A stretch of DNA of 64,000 nt from Yuukianura sp. NJ FZ-2021 (taxonomy: Eukaryota): assembly GCA_046563655.1 (NCBI GenBank), contig CM102284.1, positions 1,612,001 through 1,676,000 of the forward strand. The letters run 5' to 3'. Positions 36,197 through 49,521 of this stretch are shown one piece after another. The translations under genes and the position numbers were made by a program. The notes under the pieces are model-generated. The model ran no database searches, had not been told where the DNA came from, and worked only from the letters and a program-made list of their open reading frames with translations. Each line of letters opens with the position of its first letter. Positions within the stretch are counted from its first letter, which is position 1.

Positions 36197-36643
36197 AATT
36201 ATTTTGTTTTAATAAAAATCAGAAACATCAAACTTCAAAAAACGAAACAAAATCATTCTTCTAGGCACAGCATTTTAATATAATTCAATAAGCTTTTTTG
36301 CATTAATGTCAAAGTTTTGCTCTTAGGCTGTAAGTCTACGAATTAGAATAAAGTTCATGCGCTGCAGCAAAAAAAAATGAAAATATTGAAAGAAATTTAT
36401 GCTAAAGTCTTGTTGAAACTGCTTTGAAACGAGGAATTACAAATGCAGAACTGAAAATTAAGGAACTTTTTTGGTTCTAATGACGCAAGTGGTATCAGTG
36501 CTGTATAACATTTTTAAATACTTTGAAATAAAAAACTTTTGCTTTAGTTGTTCTTGCCAACCGAGAAAACATAGAAGCCTCTTACTAGACAGAATTTGAA
36601 ATTTTTCAAACTTGCAATTTCTTTTTCTAACTTTGTCTTCAAA

Positions 36644-37280
36644 ATGTTCAAATTCCTTGTAATATTGTTGACACTTTGGATAACTGTAACGAATGGCCAA
36701 AGATGGCATCATCATAGGAGCACCGAAGCTCCTGCGACTACCACAACTTCAACTGAACCAACTACAACAACTGCAACTGGATCAACACGACGAACAAGAA
36801 GACCAAGACCTACAACTCCGACAACGACAATTCCGGCAGCTACGACTCCGACAACAACAACTTTGCCACCAGGCTCATACAGTTAAGTTTTAGCTAAGGT
36901 TTTGGTTTAACACTCAAACCACGGAAGCACTGATTTCGACGTTTGAAAAGAAAAATACTGGAAACACCAAATACTGAATTCGGTGTTTCAGTAAACGCTG
37001 AATTAAAAGCATTGGGCTTTTCCCTAAATTTTTAAGTTTTGAAAAATTAATGTATAATTGTTAATTTTTAAAAATACTTTGTAGCTGTTCGAGTGCCGAA
37101 TGGATGTCCCTTCGGTGGCAGACCATACACAGCAGTAGGACATACCTGCACATGCGCCAACGGAATTGTGACTTGCAGGTCTCAATATGGTAATTCTATG
37201 ACGGAAGTTTTATGCTTACATAATTGGTCTAACACAACATTGCAAGCTTTTTTTCTGCCTTTTTAGTTGTCAGAGGATGA
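36644..37280 (+). CDS. Secreted Thr-rich mucin-stalk protein, paralog of 31140-31931
   Basis: Same 3-exon layout: signal MFKFLVILLTLWITVTNG, Thr stalk, CPFGGRPYTAVGHTCTCANGIVTC, final micro-exon VVRG* (37267-37280). Confidence 0.8.
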
Positions 37281-38398
37281 TGTGGAAGAAAACCTTAGCA
37301 GGACAGCGGCTTGTCAACGTAAACGATGAGCTTAAACTCATTTTTTCGTTGCTTCATGTTCGTACATATAACCTTCAACTTGGTAAACTGAAATTCAGAT
37401 TAATAAAACTTATTGTAAAACCTGACGTGCCTGTAAATAATACAATCAACTTTCACTAACGATAAGTTATTTTAGCGAATTTTTTATGTGTATTACAATG
37501 GTATATTTTCAAGGTTTCTCTCATAATTGTATATATGATCTTGAAATCATGCTTGCCTGGCGCATTTGAAAAGTAATGCATGCAACTCTTTTTGTCGAAA
37601 TTTTGTTGATACAAATTATAAAAGCCGCAACGTTATTGTATTTCAGATTTACTTTGATACAGTGCAAAGGAAATATTTGTCAAAAAATAGTTTAATATAA
37701 AATTTTTTTCATAGTAGGCTACTCTGATGATGAATTTTCTATTTTCAAAAATTATTTGTTGGAGTAGACGTTTACAAAGTCTTCCGATGATATTTTGGGC
37801 AGCTATTTTATTTGATATTATTCATTGCATTTTTACTCCCATTTAAGTATTCCACCTTCGTTTTGAAACTTTATACCATAATACACGTATTATGGGCGAG
37901 AAAATACGGTTTTCAAATTTTCTGCATCACAATTTTCAAAATTTTTATTTTCAGCAAATTCCGCTGAAACATGTTTTAAGTATAAAAAAAGAAGCCATTA
38001 CCTAGCCAAGTATTGTTCATGAAAAAGTTGTTGGCCTTGACAAGCAGGCAATCGTTCATTCAATTTGTGGCTACGGGTGACATTAATGTTCTAGTCATAC
38101 TTTACTTGACCATGATGCGGTGGTTTATTTCCAGAAAGAAGTGACACAAACGGGTATTCTTAGAATCGACTATTATTATAGACTACAGATGCCGGGATGA
38201 TTTAGGTTTTCAAAATGATTCATTGTTCATATTATAATTTATTGAGTTTGGGTACAGAAGTACATCTTCCTCAATTACGCTAAAACTCCACAACTTTGTA
38301 TTAAACTTGTGTTGCATTTGAAAATTAGATCAATTTCAGTTTGAATTTTTGAAAGACGTCACCTTTAGTGCTTGCCTTTAATTAGCAAGAAAGTTAAA

Positions 38399-40084
38399 AT
38401 GGATATATTACAAACAACACTCGTTGTCATCGTTTCCATGCACCTGTGTTTAGGTAAACCAAATGTTGCATGTTTCCATTTTTTATACTTCAAATATCAC
38501 ATATCATGATATGAATATACTAATAGTAATAGTGTATTATTAATTACACTATTAGTATTCCAACTGTATATATATAATATATGCATAATATTGATAAATA
38601 TATAGTATAATGATTTTCCATACCATTGCTGCTACTACATTACCGGTATTATATTACCATACATATAAACATATTATATGTATTCTTTATATAATATAAT
38701 TTATATCAACCTTTTTTAGCGGGAAAGTTGAACATTCCTTCTGCTCGGAACGGCTCAGGAGTTGAACTCGTAAGTAAAAAAAAGTTTACTTACGGTATCA
38801 AGATACGGTATTCGAAATAGGCATCAAGCGTTACATGATATTCGTTCTTTTGCATTTAAATACGTTTGGAATATAGCGCTCAGTCATTGGCGTTCCTGTT
38901 GGGCCTGGTGAAGGGAACTACTGGCCGTACAATACAATTCCATACGTGATTGACCCGTCCATGACCGCCGAGGACATTACAAACCTCAAGGCGGCAATTG
39001 CCGATTACCACAATAAGACATGCCTACAGTGGGTTCCACGCCAGACCGAAGAAGCCTATGTCCGATTCGTCCGGAATCTGCAGGGCAGCGGATGCGCATA
39101 CGCAGACAATTGTTACACTGGAGGAGAACGAGTGGTTACCATGGAAAATTGCAATGGTCGAGATACCTTTATACATGAAATGGGCCATACATTATGCTAC
39201 GGTCATGAACAAGATCGAAACGACAAAGACGAATTTGTCACAGACTGTAGTACTTCCAAATATGAGCATCTAAATTTTGGCCATCTCTATGACTACCGAA
39301 GTATCATGCACTACCGCTGTGGCGACTGCCTAGTACCGAAGATGGCCGGAGTGTCAAAAGAGGACTGTGGGTCTCCAAATGGACTATCTGTTCTAGACGC
39401 TGAAAAAATTAACGATATCTACCGTTGTCGAAGTATGTTACTTAACATTTACATGTTACATACATCGTTTTAGCCTTCTGGAGACGCATGTCTACGTCAA
39501 GCTGAAGAATACTATTTTTTATGAACATGAATTGGTCAAATTTATGTACTTATAATTTTTTTCTTACTACAGCTTGCGGCAAGGCTCCACACAGATTTAG
39601 ATTTCCGTTCGAGCTCGATCCAGACGATAGGGACAATAAACTAATCGTTGGCGGCAATGAAACAAGCGGTCAAACGCTCTACGTCTGCCGAGCTTACATT
39701 CGCGGTGACATTGTTTCTGGGAAAGCGTCTATTTGGAACGACAAATGGACTTGCTGGGTTGGCTGGGGTGGAGTCGAGCATCGTATAGAAAATATAGAGG
39801 AATTTGAAGTTTTAACATCCCAGTGGTTCATAAACGTTCATTGGGCGCGCTGGAATAATGGAAAGCAAGTGCCGTATTATGCAATTCCTGGAGGAAGAAC
39901 TGTAAGTGCAGAAACGATGTACATCGGAAGATGCCGCGTGACGATTGACGGAAAACAAGTATTTATTCCGGGGAAAATTCATGCAAACAATCCTACGTAC
40001 ATGTTTTACACCTACGGTGGTAGAGAATTCAAGTGTACTGACATGCAGCTACTTGTTTGCCGAGCAGAAGGAATAGGAAAGTAG
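38399..40084 (+). CDS. Secreted astacin (M12A) metalloprotease fused to a C-terminal DM9 repeat domain
   Basis: Signal exon at 38399; YWPYNTIPY, HEMGHTLCYGHEQDRND, Met-turn YDYRSIMHY; last exon has two DM9 repeats (IVGG..GQTLYVCRA..SGK; VPYYAIPGG..MYIGRC..IPGKI). Confidence 0.88.
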
Positions 40085-40510
40085 GATAAAAAAAACTGCA
40101 CAAAACAATTTCAAGTTTGAATCTTGTTTTGTGTTTTCAAATCGAAGGCAATAAAAACGACCATTGTCAAACTTTAACATAAAATTAAAGAAAAATTTAT
40201 GAAGCAAAAACTAAACAAAAAATGGTGGAAATGAGTTTTTTTTTAACGTGCAGGAGTAAAAAAAGTATGAATTCTACACAAAAAAAAACGAATTTTCTAA
40301 GCGTCGCAACAGAAACAAATACTTTTGGTCTATTTTAAGATTCATTGCCGAATAGAATCAAAAATAGTCGAAGTGGAAGCAAACAGCGAGTTGAACAGCT
40401 GAGTGGGCAGTGAAATGTGCTTTACATTAAATTTTTAAAATTACGAAAAAATTCAAATAAAGATCAATTTGTTTAACAATTTTTCGCAAAAAGTAATTAC
40501 AATTTGAATA

Positions 40511-41983
40511 ATGGCAAAGGAGCTTACTGACACTGAATATGTCTACTCGAAACCTTGTGGATTTCAACGCATAGTGAGACAAAAAGTAAGTTTTTGTTAA
40601 CTTTTTAGTGTAATTTTGTTTAGTTTTTACAATAAAACTGGCAACAGTGGACTGGCTATAAGCAATAGGCCTGCTCAGTTTACCGTTCGCGGCAAAACTT
40701 TATCTGTCATGTTAGTGCAACGAATCCAAAACAGAATAGTGAATTATATTTGAATCCAACTTGTTTAATTTTAGTCAAAAGTTGACCACGGCGGACAACG
40801 GCACGTGATTGGTGCAGATCCGACCACTTCCGCTGTACCGACGTACAACATGGCCGAATTGCTTCGCTGTACAGACTCCGCCCATTGCGTCGACGACTCT
40901 TTTCCACAATATTTTGGAGCCCTCAACATTGGATTTAGCGACCAGCGTGGGCGTGGTATTTTTGCCACTGAAGACATCGCTGCTGGTGATCTACTGATGG
41001 CCTCAAGAGCTCTAGCAATTGTCTTCCCAGATCTAATTTCGTCTCCATCGCGCCTTTGGCGCGAAGTTCAAAAGTTAGGAGCTCTACGCCAAGAAATCGG
41101 AACTTTGGTTGAAAACGACGCAGAAAAGGCTTCTCAGGTCTATCACTTGTACGCAGGACCGAAGTTGGGCTACGTGGAACCCGGAAAAGCTGAAGAATCT
41201 TCTGAGCGGATCGCTGATATGGAGCGGATCGAGCGGATTTGTTCTTTCAATGCCTTCCAAGGATCGGTCCACGGCTGTGCAGCAGAATCCTGTTTCGGTC
41301 TGTGGTACTTTCCGTCGTTTCTGAATCACGACTGCGTCGACGCAAACGCACGGTGGACCATTTTCAAAAACTTTATGTTCGTTAGAGCTCATCGACCAAT
41401 CAAAAAAGGCGCAGAAGTTCTAATTTGCTACGTGGATCCCAACGACTCTGCTGCCTTTCGTCGCAACTTTTTTCTAAAACATGAGTTTTTCTGCGCCTGT
41501 GCACTTTGTAAAACAGAACGCTCTGAAGGGCAGTGTGTCAGGAGACGACGAGAAATAATCTTAGAAGATTTTAGAAACTTGGATATGGACGCAGAAGACG
41601 ACTCGTTTTTGGGATCTGTCCAATCAGTGATCGACGAACTCGACTCACTTCGTCCCGCGCATGCGCCGTTGAACGTGTTTTTAATTCAACCACTCTTGGC
41701 GGCAGGTTTGAAATATTATGAGAAAAGGCAGTATGAAGAGGCCTTGCCTTACTTCCTCAGAGCCTTTGACCTCTCAGCCGTTTCTAGTCAAATGTCACTC
41801 ATTTGCATTAGCTGTGCATTTACAATAGCAACTTGCTTTCTGCGCAGAAGCAAAATGGACCTGGCTGCGCAGTGGGTAGCAATTTCAAAGGGATGGGTAT
41901 TCAACATTTACGGGACTACAGATGTAATTGAAATTTTGAGACCTCCTTTCTACCATGAAATGATTGTGCATAAACTGTTGTAA
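40511..41983 (+). CDS. SET-domain lysine methyltransferase (SMYD-like, no MYND finger) with C-terminal TPR-like helices
   Basis: Exon 1 40511-40585 joins exon 2 at 40775 in phase 0; RGRGIFATEDI, FNAF, GLWYFPSFLNHDC, IKKGAEVLICY, post-SET FFCACALC. Confidence 0.85.
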
Positions 41984-42132
41984 TTTTCTCCTTCGTTTCC
42001 TGCTCGTTTTCGGTTTGAAGTGGCTCGTTTTTCTCAGAAAAATAAAGTTGTGCTTTCTGTATTTCGTTTCTGGAAAAATTGTAAATAGCAATTTTTTATT
42101 TCATTTTTTTAATTTAGATTTTTAATCTCTTT

Positions 42133-43712
42133 TTACAAACTCCAAATATCAACCATGGTTCCATTTTCAAGTCGAACGTAGTTGGCCCGTTCTGTCCAAA
42201 TGTCGCGTGACAAGTCCAGTTCCACAACACGAGCTCCACGGTCCCAGTCTCCGTAACCACCGTAACCAGTACGTCGGTTGTAACAAATTTCCAAAGTTTC
42301 GTATTTGCAACACCACGAGTTACCTAACAATAGTTTATATAAAAATAAATATATAAATATATTAATTAATACAAATAAATTCTAAGATAGATATAAATAA
42401 TATATAAATGTATTTGTAGGCATACCATGGTCATGTCCGACAAAAGTTGTCAAAACGGTGGAGTCCAGCAATTGAAACATGAATCCTGTGTCCAGGTCTT
42501 GCGGTACGACTTTGTCATCTGTAAATTTTTAAAAGCACAAAAACCGTATAAAAATTTAACACAAAATTTCAGTTTAGCAAAATTCAAAATTGTAAAAAAA
42601 AAAATGATGTTGTACTAAAGTCCATCCTTACCAACTAACCCAACACACTGGTAATTCTCAATGTTGTCTTGGACAATATCGTAGTCAATTCTACAAAACC
42701 AAGAGACAGCAATGTTATCTACCTTTTTTTAAAGAAATTTTTAAGATTTGAGAGAAATTTTTTTTCAAAAAATTTCCACCTACGTTGGAATATGAAAAAA
42801 TGCCAAGGCCGGAATTTCTCCCCAAGTGGCAGCAATTTGATCTCGTTCAGCCATAAACCATTGAACAACAGCTTCATCAACATACGACGGGTAGATTCCG
42901 TTGGGGTCAAATCCACCGCGAGAATCAAAAAACCAAAGAATAAGCGCTGGAACGTCGCCCTCTTGTTTGTAAACAGGCAAGTAGTAATTTGTGAGTCCAG
43001 GTAAAGATGGATCTCCGTGTTGAGTGTAGGAGTTGGCATATTTGGATTCAGTTCCGAAGATCTCTTCTCTGGTAGTGGTGAGTCCGTTGTCATGGTTACC
43101 ATAAGTAGAAGCCCACTTGTAACCTCCTTGTGACACAGCCTCAAAGCAAGCATCGATGAATCGGGTTGAATTGGCAGCTACGGCATCGGCTGTCATCAAG
43201 TCGCCCGTGAAAACGACTAAATCTGGCGTCTCCATGTCCAGAAGCACCTTCATGACACGCGTTGAATTTGCATCTTGTTCCTTTCCAGTCCCTTCACCTA
43301 CTAGTTCAAGTTCACCATAGTGCCTATTTTAAAAAAAATTTACAAGATTTTTGTAACATTTTTACAAAAATTTTGCTACATTTCTACAAAAATTCTAAAA
43401 CAAACGCATAACTTATAATTTAGGTCTATAAATGTCCTGAATCAGAAGTTATGAGTTGAAACGAAAATAAATTATAAAATTAATTTTACTTATTTTTGTT
43501 CAAATTTAATAGTTTATAATTCCCATGTTATCGAAATTTAGTGGGAAATAATCATGTAACGACGTAATACGTGAGTGCGAAACTTACAAATCAGCAAAAT
43601 TCATAATTTTGAATTTCCCATTCGAGTTGAATCGAAGTGGCTCCTTGACAACGGGCAAAGCGTGTAGGAGTTGAGCCAAAAGCAAGAGGCCAGTGACAAG
43701 TGAAAACCTCAT
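42133..43712 (-). CDS. Secreted calcineurin-like metallophosphoesterase of the Dcr2 / plant PAP16-29 type, copy 1 (5 exons)
   Basis: Signal, LRFNSNGKFKIMNFADL|HYGE, PDLVVFTGD, YGNHD, FFHIP, GHDH, RRTGYGGYG..RGARV. Confidence 0.88.
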
Positions 43713-44611
43713 TGTGAAAAAGGAATTCCAAGAAAATCTACAAATTTGTGCTAAATTTGAGCTAATTTTGGAATAAAAACTTCTTGGCCACACTGGTAGA
43801 TACTATATGTAGCTGTCGTTTTTAATAGTTTCAATAATATCATGTAATTTGCTTGTTCAAATAATATCAATTCCTTCAACAACTTGATAAACTTGAAATT
43901 TGGCAATTGCGGTGATTAGATTATATTGCAAAGTTAAAGTTCAACATTAAAAATGCTAGAACTGTTGCAGATGGTAGTCTGATTATTGGGAAATGCAATG
44001 TCATTTGAAAGTTCTACATAATTGGTCTGCAAAAATCACTCAACACTTTGTATCTGTAACGAACGAATGACGCGCCAAAGTGCTTAAAACTTCAAAAATA
44101 TGAGTTCATATTCTTTTACTTTAGTAACTGTTTAATAGTTTTCAAATTTCAAAAAAATGGAAATACCCAGTGTTTTTTTTAAAGATAAGGTGTTTTTGAC
44201 TGGTTTTCACCAAAAACTTTATATTTCCTCATCCAATATAAAAATGTCAACTTTTTACTAATTACTTAATTGGATAATGAAATTTTGAATTTAAGCAAAA
44301 CTATTAGACTTTCGGCTTGAAAGCCGTTGAGCACTGAAGGATTGTAGTTGGTTGAATAAGTCAACAAAACTGGAGTCCACATCCATAAGTCAAAATTTTT
44401 TTAATGATTCTAATGCAATACAACTTTCATCAAAGTTGTGACAACTGTGCCTAAGCAAGTAGTTTGCAATTCAAAAAATTTGAGCATTAAAATAAAACAA
44501 TTTAATTCTGTGTGAACTGGTTTGCATTTCTTAAAGTCAAAGTATTTCAGTTACAATGAGGTGATTATTCTTAATACCAAATTCTTTGAGAATTTATGTT
44601 CTGCTCTACTT

Positions 44612-46068
44612 TTACAAACTCCAAATATCAACCATGGTTCCATTTTCAAGTCGAACGTAGTTGGCCCGTTCTGTCCAAATGTCGCGTGACAAGTCCAGTT
44701 CCACAACACGAGCTCCACGGTCCCAGTCTCCGTAACCACCGTAACCAGTACGTCGGTTGTAACAAATTTCCAAAGTTTCGTATTGGCAACACCATGAGTT
44801 ACCTAACAACAGTTAGTATGAAAACGTATTAATACAAACAATATTCAAATATAAACACAAAGAATGAATACATTAATTTGTAGGCATACCATGGTCATGT
44901 CCTACAAAAGTTGTCAAAACGGTGGAGTTGAGCAATTGAAACATGAACCCTGTGTCGATGTCTTGTGGTACTACCGCGTCATCTGTAGATCGTACCAGCA
45001 CAAAAATGATGTTAAAATTCTCAGTTCATCAAAATTAAAATTTTAAAAAACCGTTGTTGAACCGTTAACAAGTGAGGTCCATCTAATACTTACCGACTAG
45101 TCCAACGCACTCGAAAATTTCAATATTGTCTTGAACAAACTCGTAGTCAATTCTACAAAACCAAAGATAGAAAAAATATAGGTCCAAAATTATATAAATT
45201 TCTAAGATTAGAAAAAAAAAGTTTTCATTTTTCACTTACGTTGGAATATGGAAAAATGCCAACGCTGGAATTTTTCCCCACTTGGCATCAATTTTATCTC
45301 GTTCATCCATAAACCATTGTACAACGGCTTCATCAACATACGAAGGGTATGTTGTTGTTGAATAAAATCCACCGCGAGTGTCAAAAAACCACAGAATGAC
45401 TGCTGGTACGTCGCCCTCTTGCGGGTAAACAGGCAAGTAGTAGTTTGTGAGTCCCGGTAAATTTGGATCTCCATGTTGAGTGTAGGTGTTGGCATATCTG
45501 GACTCAATTCCAAAAATGTGTTCCCGCGAAATTGCGACTCCGTTGTCATGGTTACCATAAGTAGAAGCCCACTTGTAACCTCCTTGTGACACAGCCTCAA
45601 AGCATTGATCTATGTATTGACCTGGATTGATAAGTATGCCATCAGCTGTCAGCAAGTCGCCCGTGAAAACGACGAAATCTGGTGTCTCCATGTCCAGAAG
45701 CGACCTCATGACGCTCGTTGATTTTGAATCTTCGTCATTTCCAACAAATTCACCATAGTGCCTATTTTGAAACAATTTTACAAAAATTTAAAAAAAATGA
45801 AAAGGAACTCAGAAGTTTTGATTTAAATAAATATAATTAATACATTAATTATTTTTGTTATTTAATATTTCATTATGTCCGTATGTAGTTGAACTTTAGT
45901 GGAGCGTGTGATTCAAGTAGTGACGCAGTAATTCGGGACTTACAAGTCAGCAAAGTTCATAATTTTGAATTTTCCATTGGAGTTGAATCGTAATGGGTCC
46001 TTGGCAACGGGCGAAGCGTTTAGGAGTTGAGCCAACACCAAGACGCTAGCGATTAGTGAAGACCTCAT
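44612..46068 (-). CDS. Secreted Dcr2/PAP-type metallophosphoesterase, copy 2 (tandem duplicate)
   Basis: Same exon structure and motifs as copy 1; the upstream region is also duplicated. Confidence 0.88.
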
Positions 46069-47234
46069 TGGGAGAAACGAATTTCAAAAAATCTACAAAT
46101 GCTAGATGAATTTGAGCTAATTTGAAAATTTTCGAAAGCTGATGAGTGCAATCGAGCTGTATTTTTTAGTAGTTTTAATACTATCAGTATCAGTCAATTC
46201 GGTTGTTGAAATAATGTCAATTCCTTTAACAACTTGATAAACTTGAAATTTGACAATTTGAGTGATTAGATTGAATTGCAAAATTGAAGTTCAACATTAA
46301 TGTTGAATTCCTCGAGTTATATCATGTGGTAGAGTGATTGATTCTTCGGAAATCCGATGTCGTTTGAAAATTGCTTAAAAAGTGAAGTGCTTAGCCTTCA
46401 CACACGTTTGCTCATATGCCTCTTTAATTTAGTAATTTTTTTGGTTTTGGAATCAAAAATGAAATTCCAAAAAAGCGATAAAATATTCCAGGTGTTTTGA
46501 ACTTGTTTTAACAAAAAAAAAATTTTTATTTCCTCAACAAATACAAAAAAAATGTCAAATTTTTTAAATTTTGGGTTCGAGATAGTGTGCTTAAAATAAA
46601 GCCTTGAGACTTTTATTTCTATCGTTTACTGAAACCAAAGATTACTGCAAATCAAGCCTTGCCACTATTTTTGAACTTTTATGAAAAAAGGACATAAATT
46701 GACGTGAATTTTGTGGTAACATGTCGTGCAAATGTTTAAAAAAAAATTAAGCTACAGAAGATTTTTTATAATTCTATGCTATTTTCTTACTTTACTGCTG
46801 TGCTAATATTATACTGAAAAGCAGTTTCATAAAACAGAAACTTGAAAAGTTGCATGAAGAAAATGGAATTGAAAAGGCGAGTGGTCAAGGCAAACAAAAA
46901 GAAAAGTTCTGAAATGCTTTGCCTAAAAACCAATTTTGGTCTATTTTCGGAATCAATTTCACAAAATCTGCCGGTGGACTATTTTTCAGAATATCATTTT
47001 CCAGTTATTGCCAAAAAGTAAACATTTTAGGTTTTCAAATTTGGAAATTACGTTGTCAGAATGTACTCGTAGCTGTGGAACATTAAAAAAAAATTGGACT
47101 AGTTGAAATTTCGATCAAAACGGCTTCTATAAAAAAAGTCTTTTTACAAACTAAATCGCGTTAGACACGAAAGCTGAAATTTTGGTATTCCGCCGCCTGA
47201 ACGAAAACTTTGTTACATTTTTTTAAAAGCTAAC

Positions 47235-48867
47235 ATGGGATTTTCGTTTTCAAAATCTCACAAAATGGATATGGCGCTGCACTTTAGGTGGATTAAGTTC
47301 CTTATGGAAGTTGGTAATTTGTTCGGAGTTTTACCAGTGCTGTGGGACTTTGATCAAAGTATGCTTGTGGCAGTACGTCCTCAAAAGTTCTGTTTTAGAC
47401 CATGGGACATTACAAAATGGAGTTGGATTGGTCATCAACTGTTTCTAGTTTATGGATTTATTCACATTTACTGTCAAAATCAGTCCAATGGAGACATGGC
47501 ACAACAATTGGTGAGACACTCCATGGCGTTTATGGCCTCTGCAATTCCTACAATTGTTCAAGTGTTGCTCATTTTTCGTATGGATGAAGCCATTTCCGCT
47601 TGTAACCGCCTTCTCTACTTCTTTGCACTAAATCCAACCGGTAAATTTTTGAAGTTTACAATTTTTGGAATTTGTGAATTTGAAGGTAGATTTTGTAATT
47701 TATATTCACGGTTCGTAAACAAAAAAAACTCTTTTTACACCAGCTTGTCCAATAACTGGAAGTGTGAATAACTTGTGTGAAAAAAAATGTGCCTTTCTAT
47801 GGTATCTTTTTGCATGAAATATAAATATGGATTGGTGCAGAATTAGTTCAGTTTGTTTGAAGTTAATTGTTTGAAGTAAGACTTTTGGAAACCCTGAGGT
47901 AGTGGACAACCTGCTGTAGGAAATAAAATTTGCTGTATTTTGGTTGTCAAGGAACCTTGGTTATCTTTTGGTTTCAGTTGAGTATGCTGAACCTGCTACT
48001 ATTTCAAAATGGACCAGACACCTCGCACTTAGTGGACTGGTGATGTCAATTGGTAGTGTTCCATTTGCATTTGGATATGTCATTGTGGCATTGAAGTTCC
48101 CCGAACGACCACAGTTTCTGACTGGAGTACTTCCGGTTTCAACTGCAAATTATGCAAAGTACTACCTTGCTCCGCCCCTTTTTGGTTTTACTTTGGCCTC
48201 ATATTTAATTGTGGTGGCGGTTGCGCAGATCTGTGTAGCAATCAGTTTTGTGACGCTCCGTTTTCTCAATTATCTAAGGTATAACAATACGCATGCAACA
48301 GATTTGAAATTTCACATTCCAATTTTCAAAACTATAAGACTAAATATTTGGGATGATTTAAATTTATTCAGATCAAACTCTGCCCAAGAGCACACGACAC
48401 CGGAAGTCTTGATCTTAAGTTACAAATGTCTGCAAATTATATACATTCAAATTAACTCACTGTTTTGTGACTATGTTGTTCCAATTCTCAACACGTCAGG
48501 GACAATCATTGTGATCGTTTTCAATTTTGCACTAATTGCACTCAAATTATCAAGCATTATAATGCTCATTGTTCTTTTCATTTCGATGGCTACAATATCT
48601 TATATTCTACTTGCCTATGGCACGTTGGGCGGTATTACGGATGAGTCCAAAAAATTTATTTTCATCACTGGAAACAACGTTGGACGCTTTCAAAACAACG
48701 ACCAAAGTTGTCCTCTCGTTATTTCAAAATACCTGAAGTCCTTTCGTCCAATTCGAATCAAAATAGGACAATTTGGAACTTTTGATAGTCGTAGAAGCTT
48801 AAAATCCATTGGAACAATATTTATCTATACTGCAAGATTCACATTGACAGTTAAAAAACTACTGTAA
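47235..48867 (+). CDS. Divergent 7TM chemoreceptor-like protein, 3 exons
   Basis: Multi-TM exons ~47235-47640, 47979-48278 and 48372-48867; YKCLQI, and YLKSFRPIRIKIGQFGTF C-terminal motif. Confidence 0.65.
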
Positions 48868-49521
48868 CTAAACTTCACTTACAATTTAGTTAATTTAAAA
48901 TTAAAAAGCGATGTAGACTAACTCTAAGTTTAGCATAAGCTTAAAGTTAGCTAATTTTGAAATTTGAAATTGAGAATTACTTTTTCTTTAACAGGTTCGG
49001 CAATAACTTGAGTTTTAAGTTTTTTTTTTTTTTTTTTGCAAAACAAATCAAACCTGAATTCACCTAGTTTCAATCGCTGTTGGTATTGTAAGCTAATCCG
49101 AATGAAAAAATTCGGAGAGATGACTTTTGCTTTGGCAAATTCAAAGTAGAAAAGGAGTTCCAGATAGAAAAAAAAAACAAGGTAGAAAAAATTGCATGAC
49201 TCCAGATTTTTCGAAAAACTGGACTTATTGCGTAACCTGTTAAAGGAAAACTATTTCGCTGCCATAGCAACCTTGCCGTGCACTACACGAATGGCAATAT
49301 ACAAAACTTATGCCTTGTACACTATGCCTCAAAACATACTTCTAAAAGGAGGATATATCGTCTGCAAAAGTCAGCCGCTTAATAAGAACCAAAGCCTACC
49401 TAGAAATATCAATCAAAACACTTTCAAGTCGACCTGAATATAAAAGTGGCGTTTTTATGTTGGTGTGAAGTTGGTTCTATTTAGGATTTGACTTTCCGCA
49501 TCCACAATCAACCGCTTAGAA

